Source: Bugula neritina
Lineage: Eukaryota > Animalia > Bryozoa
Reading direction: 5' to 3'
Assembly: GCA_964035545.1 (NCBI GenBank)
Contig: OZ037770.1
Coordinates: 5,218,729-5,282,728, forward strand
DNA: 64,000 nucleotides
A model generated the notes under the pieces. It worked only from the letters and a program-made list of their open reading frames with translations, searched no databases and was not told the origin of the DNA. The first letter of the stretch is position 1. The number at the start of each line of letters is the position of its first letter. Both the position numbers and the translations under genes were made by a program. Positions 1 through 12,100 of the stretch are shown here, piece after piece.

Positions 1-41
1 TGGTACAGTGCATTACATATATTATGCACTTTGTATTACAG

Positions 42-179
42 TCTATGTCAGCTGACTCAGTTAGATAAACTAGACATACGATTTAATCCTCTCAACACAG
101 TACCAGAAGTTGTGTCATCACTCACATCACTTAAAGAGTTGAATATGTGGAGCTGTAAAATATCTACTCTACCTGCGAG
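42..179 (+). CDS. 138-bp LRR exon (2 x 23-aa LRR), copy A1
   Basis: tattacag|TCTATG...GCGAG|gtttgt; LCQLTQLDKLDIRFNPLNTVPEVVSSLTSLKELNMWSCKISTLP. Confidence 0.9.
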
Positions 180-3100
180 GTTTGTGGAACACAGTCTTTC
201 TTGTTTCAAACACTCAATAATTCACATGTTGATATAATGCTTACCAAGTATTGCTAATTAGTATGTCACTATGTATTGATGAAAAGCATAAAGCAATAAA
301 TTACATATTTCTTGAGGCTACATGGTATTAGAGTTTTTGAGAACTTGAAAATGAATATGTTTCAGTTATCTGGCATTACATTTCCTATTGCTATAAATCT
401 TTTTCAACAAATATTATAGCACCCAATTGTACTTTACTATAGTGCGTATTTCTCATCAAATGGTTATTAGAGCCTTCTGTATTTTACTTTGAATATGTCT
501 TAGCGTAATAAATTTGCTATTTGGATATTTTATTTGATTGAGTATGCAGTGCATGTTATGATACAGTAGACTAGATATATCACATACTTTATATTACAGT
601 CTGTGTCAGCTGACTCAGTTAGAGAAACTAAACATAGGATCGAATCCTCTCTACACAGTATCAGAAGTTGTGTCATCACTCACCGCACTTAAAGAGTTGA
701 ATATGGACAGATGTAACTTATCTACTCTACCTGAGAGGTTTGTGTGCCACAACATATTTTATAACTAGTAGAGATCGACCGGTCCTGGACCACTTTTACC
801 CCCAGTGGCTCCCCACAACTAAGTTGTGGGTCTCCACTGGGGATAAAAGTAATCCAGGACCGGTCGATCTCTACTACTTATATATATACTTTTCCTTTCA
901 TTAACTTTTTTTTAAAAAAAGAGTGTTAAAAAACGACTTTTTTTAAATTTTTTTTAATGGTTTTTTTCAAACACTTTCCTTCTCTTTAACTTTTTTTAAA
1001 AAATAAGAGCGTATAAAAAAAAGTCGTTTTTTCAACCCTTACTTCCTCACTATTTTTTTAAATAATATTATATTTTACTATTGGTAAAAATAATAAATTA
1101 TTATACGCTAAGAATATAATAATTTAATACTAATAGTGTTTAATTAATACTATTATAGTAAAGTTTAAAATATACGTAATGAAAAGGTATCATGACAATA
1201 AGGGATATATTATTAGGAATATTAGTTAAAATTACGTTATCGGGTTTATGACTTTGATAATTGCTTGAAAGAGCTATTGTAAATGAAAAATTATTATTTG
1301 CATTAATAATTTTATTAATATTTATTTTACTATGCGGAACATTATGTTCGGCACCGCTAATAGTATAAAATAAATTTTCTTTAGATTCATCAAACGGATT
1401 TACGCTATTACGAATATGCAAACCTAATTTTTTATCGGTCCAATATAATATTTTATTTTTTTGGTTTGACATTTGTTCACCATAAAATTGTATTAATGCA
1501 TGCGTTATTTTTATAGGTTTATCTATTAAATAATCGTTAATTAAATCTACTGTAAAACTATTAATATTTTCGTAATAATAAAATTCATTAAAGTTTATAA
1601 AACCTGAAATAAACGCTTTATTAGTCGTTATATCGACTTTAATAAATTTATAGATATTCATTTATAATTATAATAAAGTTTTACTAATACGTAATGAAAA
1701 GGTAACGCTGCAGTGGTTATTTCGCTAGTCGGAGTGTCGGTTAAAATTACGTTACTCGGTTTATGACTAGGATAAGTTTTTGATAACGTTATTGATAGTG
1801 AAAAGTTTTTATTAGCTTCAATAATTTTATTAGCGTTTATTTCACTAAATGGAATATTGTGTTTGTTACCGCTTATATCATAAGAAGTAAGTTCACTAGC
1901 TCTACTAGGCATTTCACCACTATTTCGAACGGTTAAGCTTATTCTTTTATCAGTCCAATAAAGTTCTTTAGTACTGTGAGCTTGTTCACCGTAAAATTGT
2001 ATTAATATATTCGTTATTTCAATTGGTTCGTCAACTAAAAAATCTTTAATTAATTTTCCCGTAAAGCTATCAACATCTTCGTAATAATAAATTTCTGATG
2101 GAATTGCGATATTTATAATATAAGGTTTTTCATTTATTATCTTGGCTTTAGCCGCATTTCCAAAAATATAAACTGAACTCATTTATAATAGTAATTTATT
2201 TATAATTAATTGAGGCGTTTCGTGTGTAGACATTTCTTTAAGCCAATATAAACACAAGTGTCCGCGTATAACCGTACCGAATTCTTGCACTCGTTCCGTA
2301 TTATAAAATATTGGTGCCTTTAAATATTTCATTATTTCTAGAGGAGGATGTAGTCCAAAACTATCGAAATAATATTTTTTATTTTCGTTTTTATACCAAG
2401 CGACCCAATGAGTACCGTTACCCGTTAAATCGTCTAAATTTAATACGCCGCATTCTTTTTTACGTGGCTTATTGGGTAATTCGTTTCTAGAAAATACTCC
2501 TCTAAATTTAGGAATTTTTAATTCTTTAATCGCTTTATCGATATCAATATTCGTTAGCGCTTTCATTTATTATAACCGTAAGGAATCGTTGTTATTCCAT
2601 CTTCTAATATTATTCTTATATCGTCTTCGGCCGACAGAGCTACTTTGTTTATAGTCTCAGCGTACATCGTATGCTTATGACTTTTTAACACATTCATCGT
2701 TTTATGCTGATCTTGTCGCGTTAATAAACACTCTTTATAATCGTCAAACGTTATACGATTATCACGAAAAGTTTTATTAATTCCTTTACACTTTTTCTCT
2801 TCAATTCCATCCATTTTATACAAATATAACTTAGCTCTCAATCCAACAAACTCAGTAATTTGTTTACCACCGGCTTCGTCTTTAAACATACCTATTATTT
2901 TTTTATTTTTACCAGCTGGTAATTTATGATTCTTAGGATAATTACTCGTATCAAATTTAGTTTCAATGTCTGGCAATATATCTTCGTAAAAGTTATTGGT
3001 TTGTACGTGATACATTAAGCTATCCGTATCCGCAAAAAATAATTGCGCGTTCGCGTTATATTTTGGTTTAATATAACCGTAATGAAAATCATACATAAGA

Positions 3101-6100
3101 GTTTTACTAATATCCAAATTTGCTGCGCCTAAATATACGAGTTTATCAAATTTTAATTCCGTTACGTTCATATGAACGGCTACGAGATTTTCAGAAAATA
3201 TCGTATAACCTTTAAAATTAGGTTGATTCGTTAATTTTTTAGCTTCGCTTTCATTACTAACGAGTTTAACGTCGACTCGATTACGTATATTTTCCATCGT
3301 TTTACCAAACATTGAATTATTCATGAGCTTAAAGAAATCTTTTTTAAAATCGCTTCGAGCTAAAGTTCTTAGTTTAGTATTTAAGTTTATATATTCTTTA
3401 AGCTTATCGGATTCATTAAAGGTTATACCTCTATGAATTTTCGTCAGCTTTAAACCGTATTTAAGACATTGTTTTAACGCCTCGTAGTGTATAACGTAAT
3501 TCTTCTTATTATTTAAATTTGGAATTAGTTTTTCCACTTTATTAATCGTTAACCTTTCCGAACAAAACGGATAATCTTTATGCGAGTTGTGTAACTTTTT
3601 AGGATATTCTAAATCTACTTCTAAAAAGCTAGGTGGAAAATGTTCCAAGTCTTGACACTGTTCTTCGCTTAACCACTTAAAATTACCTATGGGTAACTTT
3701 TCAGACATAGCCCATCCGTATAAATTGTTAGCGTCCAAATACGTTATATAACTACTAGGCTCATTAGAGTTATAATTTTTCATATACTTATTATTAGCCT
3801 TAGCGTATCTATGACTAATCATACTTACACCGCCTCTAATTCCTCTTTCAAATAAAAGTAATTGATCAACGTCGGTAATAGGATCTAACTCTAATTTCGT
3901 AGTTTTAAGCATAGCGTCCCACGACAAGCCGGGAGCCGTATAATACCAAGCGGGATCTAATTTATAGTGTTCAAGACATACGCTTCTAAAGTTTTCAAAT
4001 ACGTCGGCTAATTGAATTACATCAACTTTCATATATAAGTCATGATATTCTCTAAACGTTTTTATATTAAACTCTCGCCAAACTTTGTGAGCGTGCTCAT
4101 AATCCTCGTCCGATATATCTTTTTCGGTTAAGCTCGAATAAAACTTTTCTTTAGGTGGTAAAGACGTTTCATTTAATACGCTTATGTTATTAAAATAATC
4201 GTAAGGAAATACTCCTTTTCTCAATAATGAGTCTAATTGTTTTTCCGCGTAATGCTTTTTTAAGTGTTTAAAGTCATCGCGTTTTATATTTGCGACTAAA
4301 CTCGCTAAACTAGAACTCATAAATTTAAATGTGTCTATAAACCTAAGTTCACGTTTAACTTCAATCTTTTTACCTTCTTTATTAGTAAATTTGTCTACTA
4401 CTACTCGTTCACTAAAAGATATATATTTTTCTTCAGTATTGGGTATACAAGAAATTTTACCGCTCAAGTTTTTAATAAACAAGTGAGCGTCGTAACCGGA
4501 CAAGTTATGAATAAATATTGGATAAAATTTTGGAATTTTATAATTTAAGTTGCAATTATTATGAGCCGCTCCTCGATAGTCTCCAGTTAAGTGACAGTGA
4601 TCTCTCACTCTATCGTCGCTTAATTCTTTTTCACATATATGACAAATTTCAGCTAACTCAAAAGACTCTTGCTCACTATCCGTAATTTTCATTCGTTTAG
4701 CAAATTTATGTTTTTTATACAAGTTTTTAATATCGAGTTCTAGTAATTGTATAAACAATTCATCAATATCTTCATCTTTGTATTGCTTAGTATAACTTCT
4801 GTATTTGCATTCGCCGGTAACGCTTACGATATAATATCCAAAACTCGACGGTTCGTGTTGTTGATATTGATTAGTATAGCTTTCTCGAGGATTAGGCCTA
4901 CAATTTTGTATAGGCTTAGTAAAGCATTCAAAGTCTGCGTATACCGCGAACGGTACTCTCATTTTATGACAATAATTTTTAAAATTAAATTTTATTTTAT
5001 TTTCAAGTTTTGGAAAGACCATAGCTACACCGTCGTTCGCTAAACACCATTTTTGATGTTTTTCTAAAGAATTTTCCGTTTTAAACGCTTGCGTACAATT
5101 TAAACAAAATTGTTTTGCGTGCCCGTCAATATTTATTTGCGAGCCGAGTAATTTACTCAAATTTTTAACGTACGTATAATGACTTTTTTCTTCATTAGTT
5201 ATAAGAAATAAAATTATTGTTTTAGAGCGTTTGGACGATTGTCTCCATGGATATACACGATTACCATTCCAAACGAAAACGGTAACGCTAATATTAGGAT
5301 TAACTTTTTCAAATGCATCAATAGATTTAGTTGTAGCTGGAAATTCTACACCTTCCCACGATACTTTATTAACGTGCTTTTTATAGTTAGATATTCTATC
5401 CGAATGGTTTTTAGCCGGATAAAGAGCGGCTAATACGGCCCACATAAAGCACTTGTTATCATTATTTTTTGGGTTTATTATAGCCTTTTTATCTTTAATT
5501 ATTTTAGGAAGATCAATATACGATGACCCTTTAAGAGGTTGATATTTACTAATATTAATTTCCATTTTTACAATTAATTTAAATATCTAATTACTTCCTT
5601 TAGCGTTAAACGAAGCTAAATTTTCTTTTATTTTTTCAACCATTACATTATATACTTCATTAATATTAGTAGACTCTAATATAGTTTCAATGCACGATGA
5701 AAATGCTGTAATTAATAATTCAGTTTTACCGGTATTTATATTAGTTTTTTCCATTTCACACGTTAATATTATTTTAATTTTTATAAGAGGTTTAAATAAC
5801 TTTAGTACACTTAATTTTACTAATTTAATAAACGAATCTATATCGTACTTGGGTAAACCCTTAATTTCATAAGTTTGAAACCAACCTTTAGCGGCATGTT
5901 CTTTAAGCTTAGGCTGATTATATAAAGCCATATTTTTTTCTTTAATTGGATTTACAATTTTTTTAATTGGCTTTATAATACCCTTAACCCATTTTTTTAT
6001 ATTACACGTAGTTTGCGTAAATATTTCTCGCATAATTTTTTTCACGGGTATGGGTATTAACGGGGCTTGCCTTATATTTGGAACGGGTTCGTCCATAATA

Positions 6101-9100
6101 TTTATAGGCATTAATAGCCGTATAAGTTCGGCTTTCTTTAATTGTGAATATCGCTTTAATCCTCTTTCTTTAGCTAATGCCTTTAAAATTTTGACAGTAG
6201 TTTTCTTATTGAACTCCATTTATATAGGAAAAAAATCTTTAAACTACATGACCTATTATTTGCTCAATTTTATGTTTTTTACGACGAGAATGTCCTTTTA
6301 TACCGTAATATTTAGCTATGGTTTTAAGATCATTAGACTTCATACAATGGTCAAATATTATATTCGGAGGTTCTATTAATTTTGCTAAATCTTCTTCCGT
6401 AAGTGTAATATATTGTTTTTGCTCGGCTCGAACTATTAACTCATCAATTATTTTATTTAATTCCATTTATATATAAAAAAATTTTAAACTATATATTAAA
6501 TGATAGCGAATAATTTTAGACAAGATAAAATTCAAGCGTTAAACGATGAAATACAAGAATTGGAAAATTATTATAAAAAAAAGTTAAAAAAATATAACGC
6601 TTTATTAACGGTTTTAAGAGTTTGCGTAAGTGCAAGCGGTGTAACTACGATTATATGCAGTACTGTTAGCGCAGCGTTATTAGGAACTGGTGTTGGTGCA
6701 ATAAGCGCAATTCCTATTAGTATAATAAGTGGAATAGCTGGAGTAATAACTACTAGTATTACATTGCAAGACGCTAAAATAATTAAAAAAATGCGATTAT
6801 ATTTAGATACTTATAAGTTTATAAAAGACTCTAAATTAGAAATTTGTAGTATGTTATCAAAAATTTTAAACGATGATTATATTGACGATAAAGAATATAA
6901 TTTTATAATTGAAAAATATAAAGGCATTAATACTATAATAGAAAATAAAATGCTTGAAATAATTAATACACAATGTTAATTAATTATATTTATAATTAAT
7001 TAAAATGGAGTTAAATAAGAATATTACGCGGGCTGATCGTATGCCGCTATTTATTATATAAAATTTTCTTAAACTATAATAGCATTCCTAAAAGAGGAAT
7101 ATTTTAAAACGGACTATTTGGACCTAAAATTAAACCTTTACCTTTTATATAGCTAGAACCTTGTTTTAAATATAAACCGTTACCTTTCATCAAATTAGAC
7201 GGTGCGACTGGTTTTAAAGTGATAGAACCGTTCGAATTAGGTTCTACGGAACATACGCACCCACCTTATTTCAAATAAAGACCTTTACCTTTAATAGCTC
7301 TTTCGACTCCGGTGATAGCGGCTCCGGAAAGCACACCCGGTATAATAGTTTTTAATATTGTAGGCAAAAATCTCGTAGCTATACCCAATAGAGGTCCTAA
7401 AAATCCTCCACTCATTGACGCATTAGTTTTTACTAACGATGGAGACATTTCGAGCGTTATATTTTTTTTATTCGCGTTTAATGCTATTAAAATATTATCA
7501 TTTTGCGTTTTCGTAATGGCTAGTTTATCATTTCCGCTTTCAAGAGGCAATTTAATAGTACAACCCTTGCCACTTCTATAAGCGTTCATTATTTTTTGTT
7601 TTTGCGCCTGTGGCACGTTTCCTGTAATTTCGCAATAACCCATTTATATAATACATTAAACTTCTCTCAAATGAAATCTTATTGAGAGTTGTTTGCCGCT
7701 AAGATCTAATAAATTACCTTTTTGATCAGTTACTGTAACGGTTAACGTCTTAATATATTTAACGTGAACGGGTAAGTATATTAAATTATGAGGTTTTTCT
7801 ATTATTTTATATCCCGGACTAACGCTCGGAAAAAATGAATAAATAACGGGTTTATAAGTACCATCGATATAACTTCCGTTAATACAATCAACTTGTACGT
7901 GTATAGCGTTTATATTTAAAATTTTTACTATGTTCGTAGCTTCGATATGAGGTTGATTGTATATTGTTGCATCAAAACCTAAAACGTCTCTTATAGAATT
8001 TTCAACGTTAAAATCTATTTGATAATTAAGTTTTAATTTAAGTATGATTCTAAAAGTTACTTTATTAGCTTTTAAAGTAATACCGTTTCTATTACCCCCC
8101 TCTTTTACTATTTCATCTTGAATAGCTTGTTCTAATTGATCTAATTCATACACTCCAATTGGTAACGAAACTAAATACCACGTAGTACCACCGTCTTTAG
8201 ACCATCTATAGGAATTTCTATCGGCACTAATGTTTGGAAAAAAATGAAACGTATCTAAACTAATAAGACACATTTCGTATTTTTTATTTTTATTTAATTC
8301 TATAGGCGGATTAAGTTGAGTAATTATTCTCGTTTTAGTATCGGTAACTCCTATAGTCATTGTTTGTTTAGAGGCCGTATTATCGGCAATTTCTCTTAAA
8401 ATTTTATTACCCATTTATATAACTTTTAAATTATTTCCATCGGAAGTGAGAGACATAGTTTTATCGGACAAAATTAATGCGTAAGCTTGAGTATTAGCTG
8501 GCACGTTTTGACTAAATTGAACTCTCAATTGAATATCGGCTACGCTATTTTTAAGAATCTCGCTTTGCTTACTAACGTCTATTACGAACAAAGCGTAAAG
8601 ATCTTTATATTCCGAAGGTAATACGTTTGAATAAGCAATTAGCTCGTTTATACTGTAATAATCTCCGCAAAATTTCGAAGCGTCTCCGTACACTCTACTA
8701 AACTTCATTTTAGCGAAATCTATGTCGTAGTCGACTTCAGGATATCGCTCGCTATTTAACATCGCGTATACGCTTTTAACGTTAACGTGATCAAATACGG
8801 CCGGATTAGTCGTTTGACTTTCAGTCTTATCCGTTTGAAAACCTACGATAATATACTTAGGTTTTTCCGTATCACCTCTAGAACTCAAACGCCATCTAAA
8901 GTTAGTAGTTTGCGGTACCGAAATACTATCACACCATCTAGATCTATATATCATTGGAAGTTGAGTTTTACTCTCTATAATCTTATAAAGCTTATTTTTC
9001 ATTTCAAAACTAGGAGTTATATGAGGCACCCACCACGACACTTTATTCAACGTTATTTTTCCCGCGTCTACGCCGTTAGCTCTATAAATAGCGTTATCGT

Positions 9101-12100
9101 CGGTATCGCGTACTAGCGTTAGTTGATGTTTTATACCGTACAAAACTTTTTCGTAATCATTGGCAAAACCAAATAAATGCCTAAAATCTACTTTAATACT
9201 AAAAGTTCCTTTAGGGTCGGGCTTTTGTATCAAATAAACTTGACGAGCCGCGAAACCTAAATTAGCGGCGGCAGCGGCTGCGGTAGTGTCTTTTGACCAC
9301 AACTGATTAAGACCTCTCGACTTACCGTAATCATCGGGATAAGTTAGTAAACCCATCATAGTCGAAGCGTGTCCGGGATTATTTATATATTCCAAGTCGT
9401 GTCCGTCGAGTTGATATCTAATACTTTTAAACAAATAAGCCATACCGTTATTAATTAACGTTACTAAGTCGGCGTCGGCGTAAGCGGTTCCATCATTTTT
9501 CGTTAAACGTCCTTCGATAATTAAATAACTTTTACTCGGCTGAACATACAAATCTTGTTGATTAATAACTATTCTAATTTCACCGGGGTAATTTAAATTC
9601 GTTCCCGTTACCGGTTCGTATTCGTGTACCTGATCGCGCTCTACGCTTGTATCAGTTACAATTTTTTGCGTAATGTTTAAAGAGTCCATTTATTATAGTA
9701 AAATAATTTCTTAATAAGCTATAGCTTGTCCAGAACCTTTTAAAATATTACTTATATTATTATTATTATTAAGTACTTTTAATATATTTTTAGTTTGATT
9801 AAGCTTTTGTAGTATAGCTTGACTTTTAGCGTTCAAATTTTTTTGCCTTCTTCTTTTAATTGCATTAACAATTTTTTCACCAGCCGCGGTACCCGCTTTA
9901 GTTATAGCCTTTTTACCTAATTCTTTTACGCTGGAATTACTAGCTATTTTAGTTACTACATTTTTAATAGTGTCAAATATTCCACCACCGGCGTAGTGTC
10001 TTTGTAATCGTTGTCGTTTATTGTATACATACATTTATTATATGAGAATACTTTTATAATAATCGTGAGTAATAATTTTCATTCTAAGTAATTCGTCTAA
10101 TATAGCCACAATTTCGTTTTGCACTCCCGTATTTCCGGCTCTAGCGCTAGAAATTAAAAGTTCGAGTCGTTCTACTAAAGCGTTAGGGTCTTGAGATAAA
10201 TAAACTACTCCTCCTCCCCTCTTAGATTTTTTGCTATCGGCGAGTTTTGCTCTCTGAGGATATAATTGTTCCCAAATAGGTCTAACAATATTTTTCCATT
10301 TTTTACACTATTTTTATCTACAGGACCGTGTTTACTTTGATATATAGCACCACCGTTATCGAGTATATTAGCGTAATTCGCTAAATCATTTTCACTATAA
10401 CCTATCGGCGCTTTACGCGTTAAAAGACTTAAAAGTCCTCTAGTTGCCGGATATTCTTCGTTGTTAAAAATTATTTTACCGTCGTTAAAGCTTATAGGTT
10501 TTGTACTAATAACGTGTCTATTACCATCCCACTTTACGTTATAAGCACCGAGTTCTAAGCCCGCTAAAGCGTTTTGCGTATATTCGTCTAAATTTATAAC
10601 TCCATCCGTTATAGCCGGTTGAAAGCTTGGTAATGCGACCAAATCTCGCAATTGTTTTAACGCTTCAGTCGTTTGAGCTTGAGAAGCGATTACGGGTTCA
10701 AAATATTTTTCTTGAGCCATTGCGGCATTTAATTCTTGCTCGCGTTCTCGTTTAAAGTTTTCTTTTATTCTATTCTTTCAAGAAATAAAATCTTGTACAA
10801 TCTTATCTCTTTTTACAGGGTCGTTAATCTTTAAATAACTCATTTAATATATATATAATTTGTGTCCACTTTTGTGTCTAGTGTCCACATTTGTGTCCAC
10901 TTTATGTTTAATTTGTGTCCACTTTTTATGGACACGGACACATTTGTGTCTACTTTTTATGGACACGAACACATTTGTGTCCACTTTTTATGGACACGGA
11001 CACATTTGTGTCTACTTTTTATGGACACGAACACATTTGTGTCTACTTTACGTTTAATTTGTGTCTACTTTTTATAAACACGAACACATTTGTGTCCACT
11101 ATAAACGTTCTAAAATGTTTAAATCTACCCACAAATTTTGAGACTCGGGATAACCCAACCATTTTACTAAAGCCTTTTTACCTTTCTTTTTAATTACGCG
11201 CTCTATTCTATATATTTCTTGACTCGTCTTTTGTAATTCCTGTTCGTAAAAAGATCCTTGAATTTCTTCTCCTCCCGAGTCAATTAATTTATAAGTCGTC
11301 GGATTCGTATATAATATTTTACTTATAATAAACACCTCCTCCGTCCATCTAACGGTATAACCTTTTTCAAACGTTCGTTTCTTACGAGGTATACGCACCC
11401 TATCGCCTACAGCGAATTTAGGTTTAGAAGGCGCTGGTAAATTAGGATATAATTTCATGCGTACTTTATTTTCGTTAGAAGGATTACTAGCTTCAATCGG
11501 TGTCATTCCAATAGACGAATGCTTAGTCTCGTTATACCGTTTTACTAAATCTTTTAATACGTCTATATATTTATAAGTATTATTCGCTGAAAAATATTTA
11601 AACATTCGCTCTTTCATAGTTCTATTCCACCTCTCTACTACGCTAGACTTTTCTTCATTTTCCGTAGAATATAAGTCTATTAAGGACTTTACATTTTTAT
11701 TATAAAACTCTTTTCCCTTGTCAACCCATAAATGTTGAGGCTTACGGCGAGTTAAAATTGTTTTTAAAGCTAAAGCCGTCGCTTTTCCAGTCTTATTTTT
11801 TAAAGGTATTATCCAACCGTATTTTGAAAACACGTCTATTACCGTTAGTAAATATTTATAACCATTATTAAATTTAGCGAATTCGGTCATATCAACCAAG
11901 TCAGCTGCCCAAATATTATCAATACCCGATACCCAAACTCGTCTTTTACGAAACTTTTTTTGTACCGGTTTATGCAATTCTTCGGCTAACTCATCCGTCC
12001 AGTTTTTTAAACCCCATCCTAAACGCTTTTTCGCTCCTATTATAGTCGAGGCAAAACGACTGTGTCGCTGTTCAGCGGGCGTAGGATTAGATATAGCTTT

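Noticed and set aside
5587-6219. Separate gene upstream of PolB
   Set aside because: In frame with PolB across a single TAG at a conserved Trp position; the downstream Met lacks the TAAATG context
7005-7061. 18-codon ORF starting MELNK like neighbouring genes
   Set aside because: Too short, imperfect start context, no further similarity
10858-11100. CRISPR-like array and overlapping ORFs 10860-11193
   Set aside because: Units abut with no unique spacers and the context is eukaryotic; the ORFs are translations of the repeat
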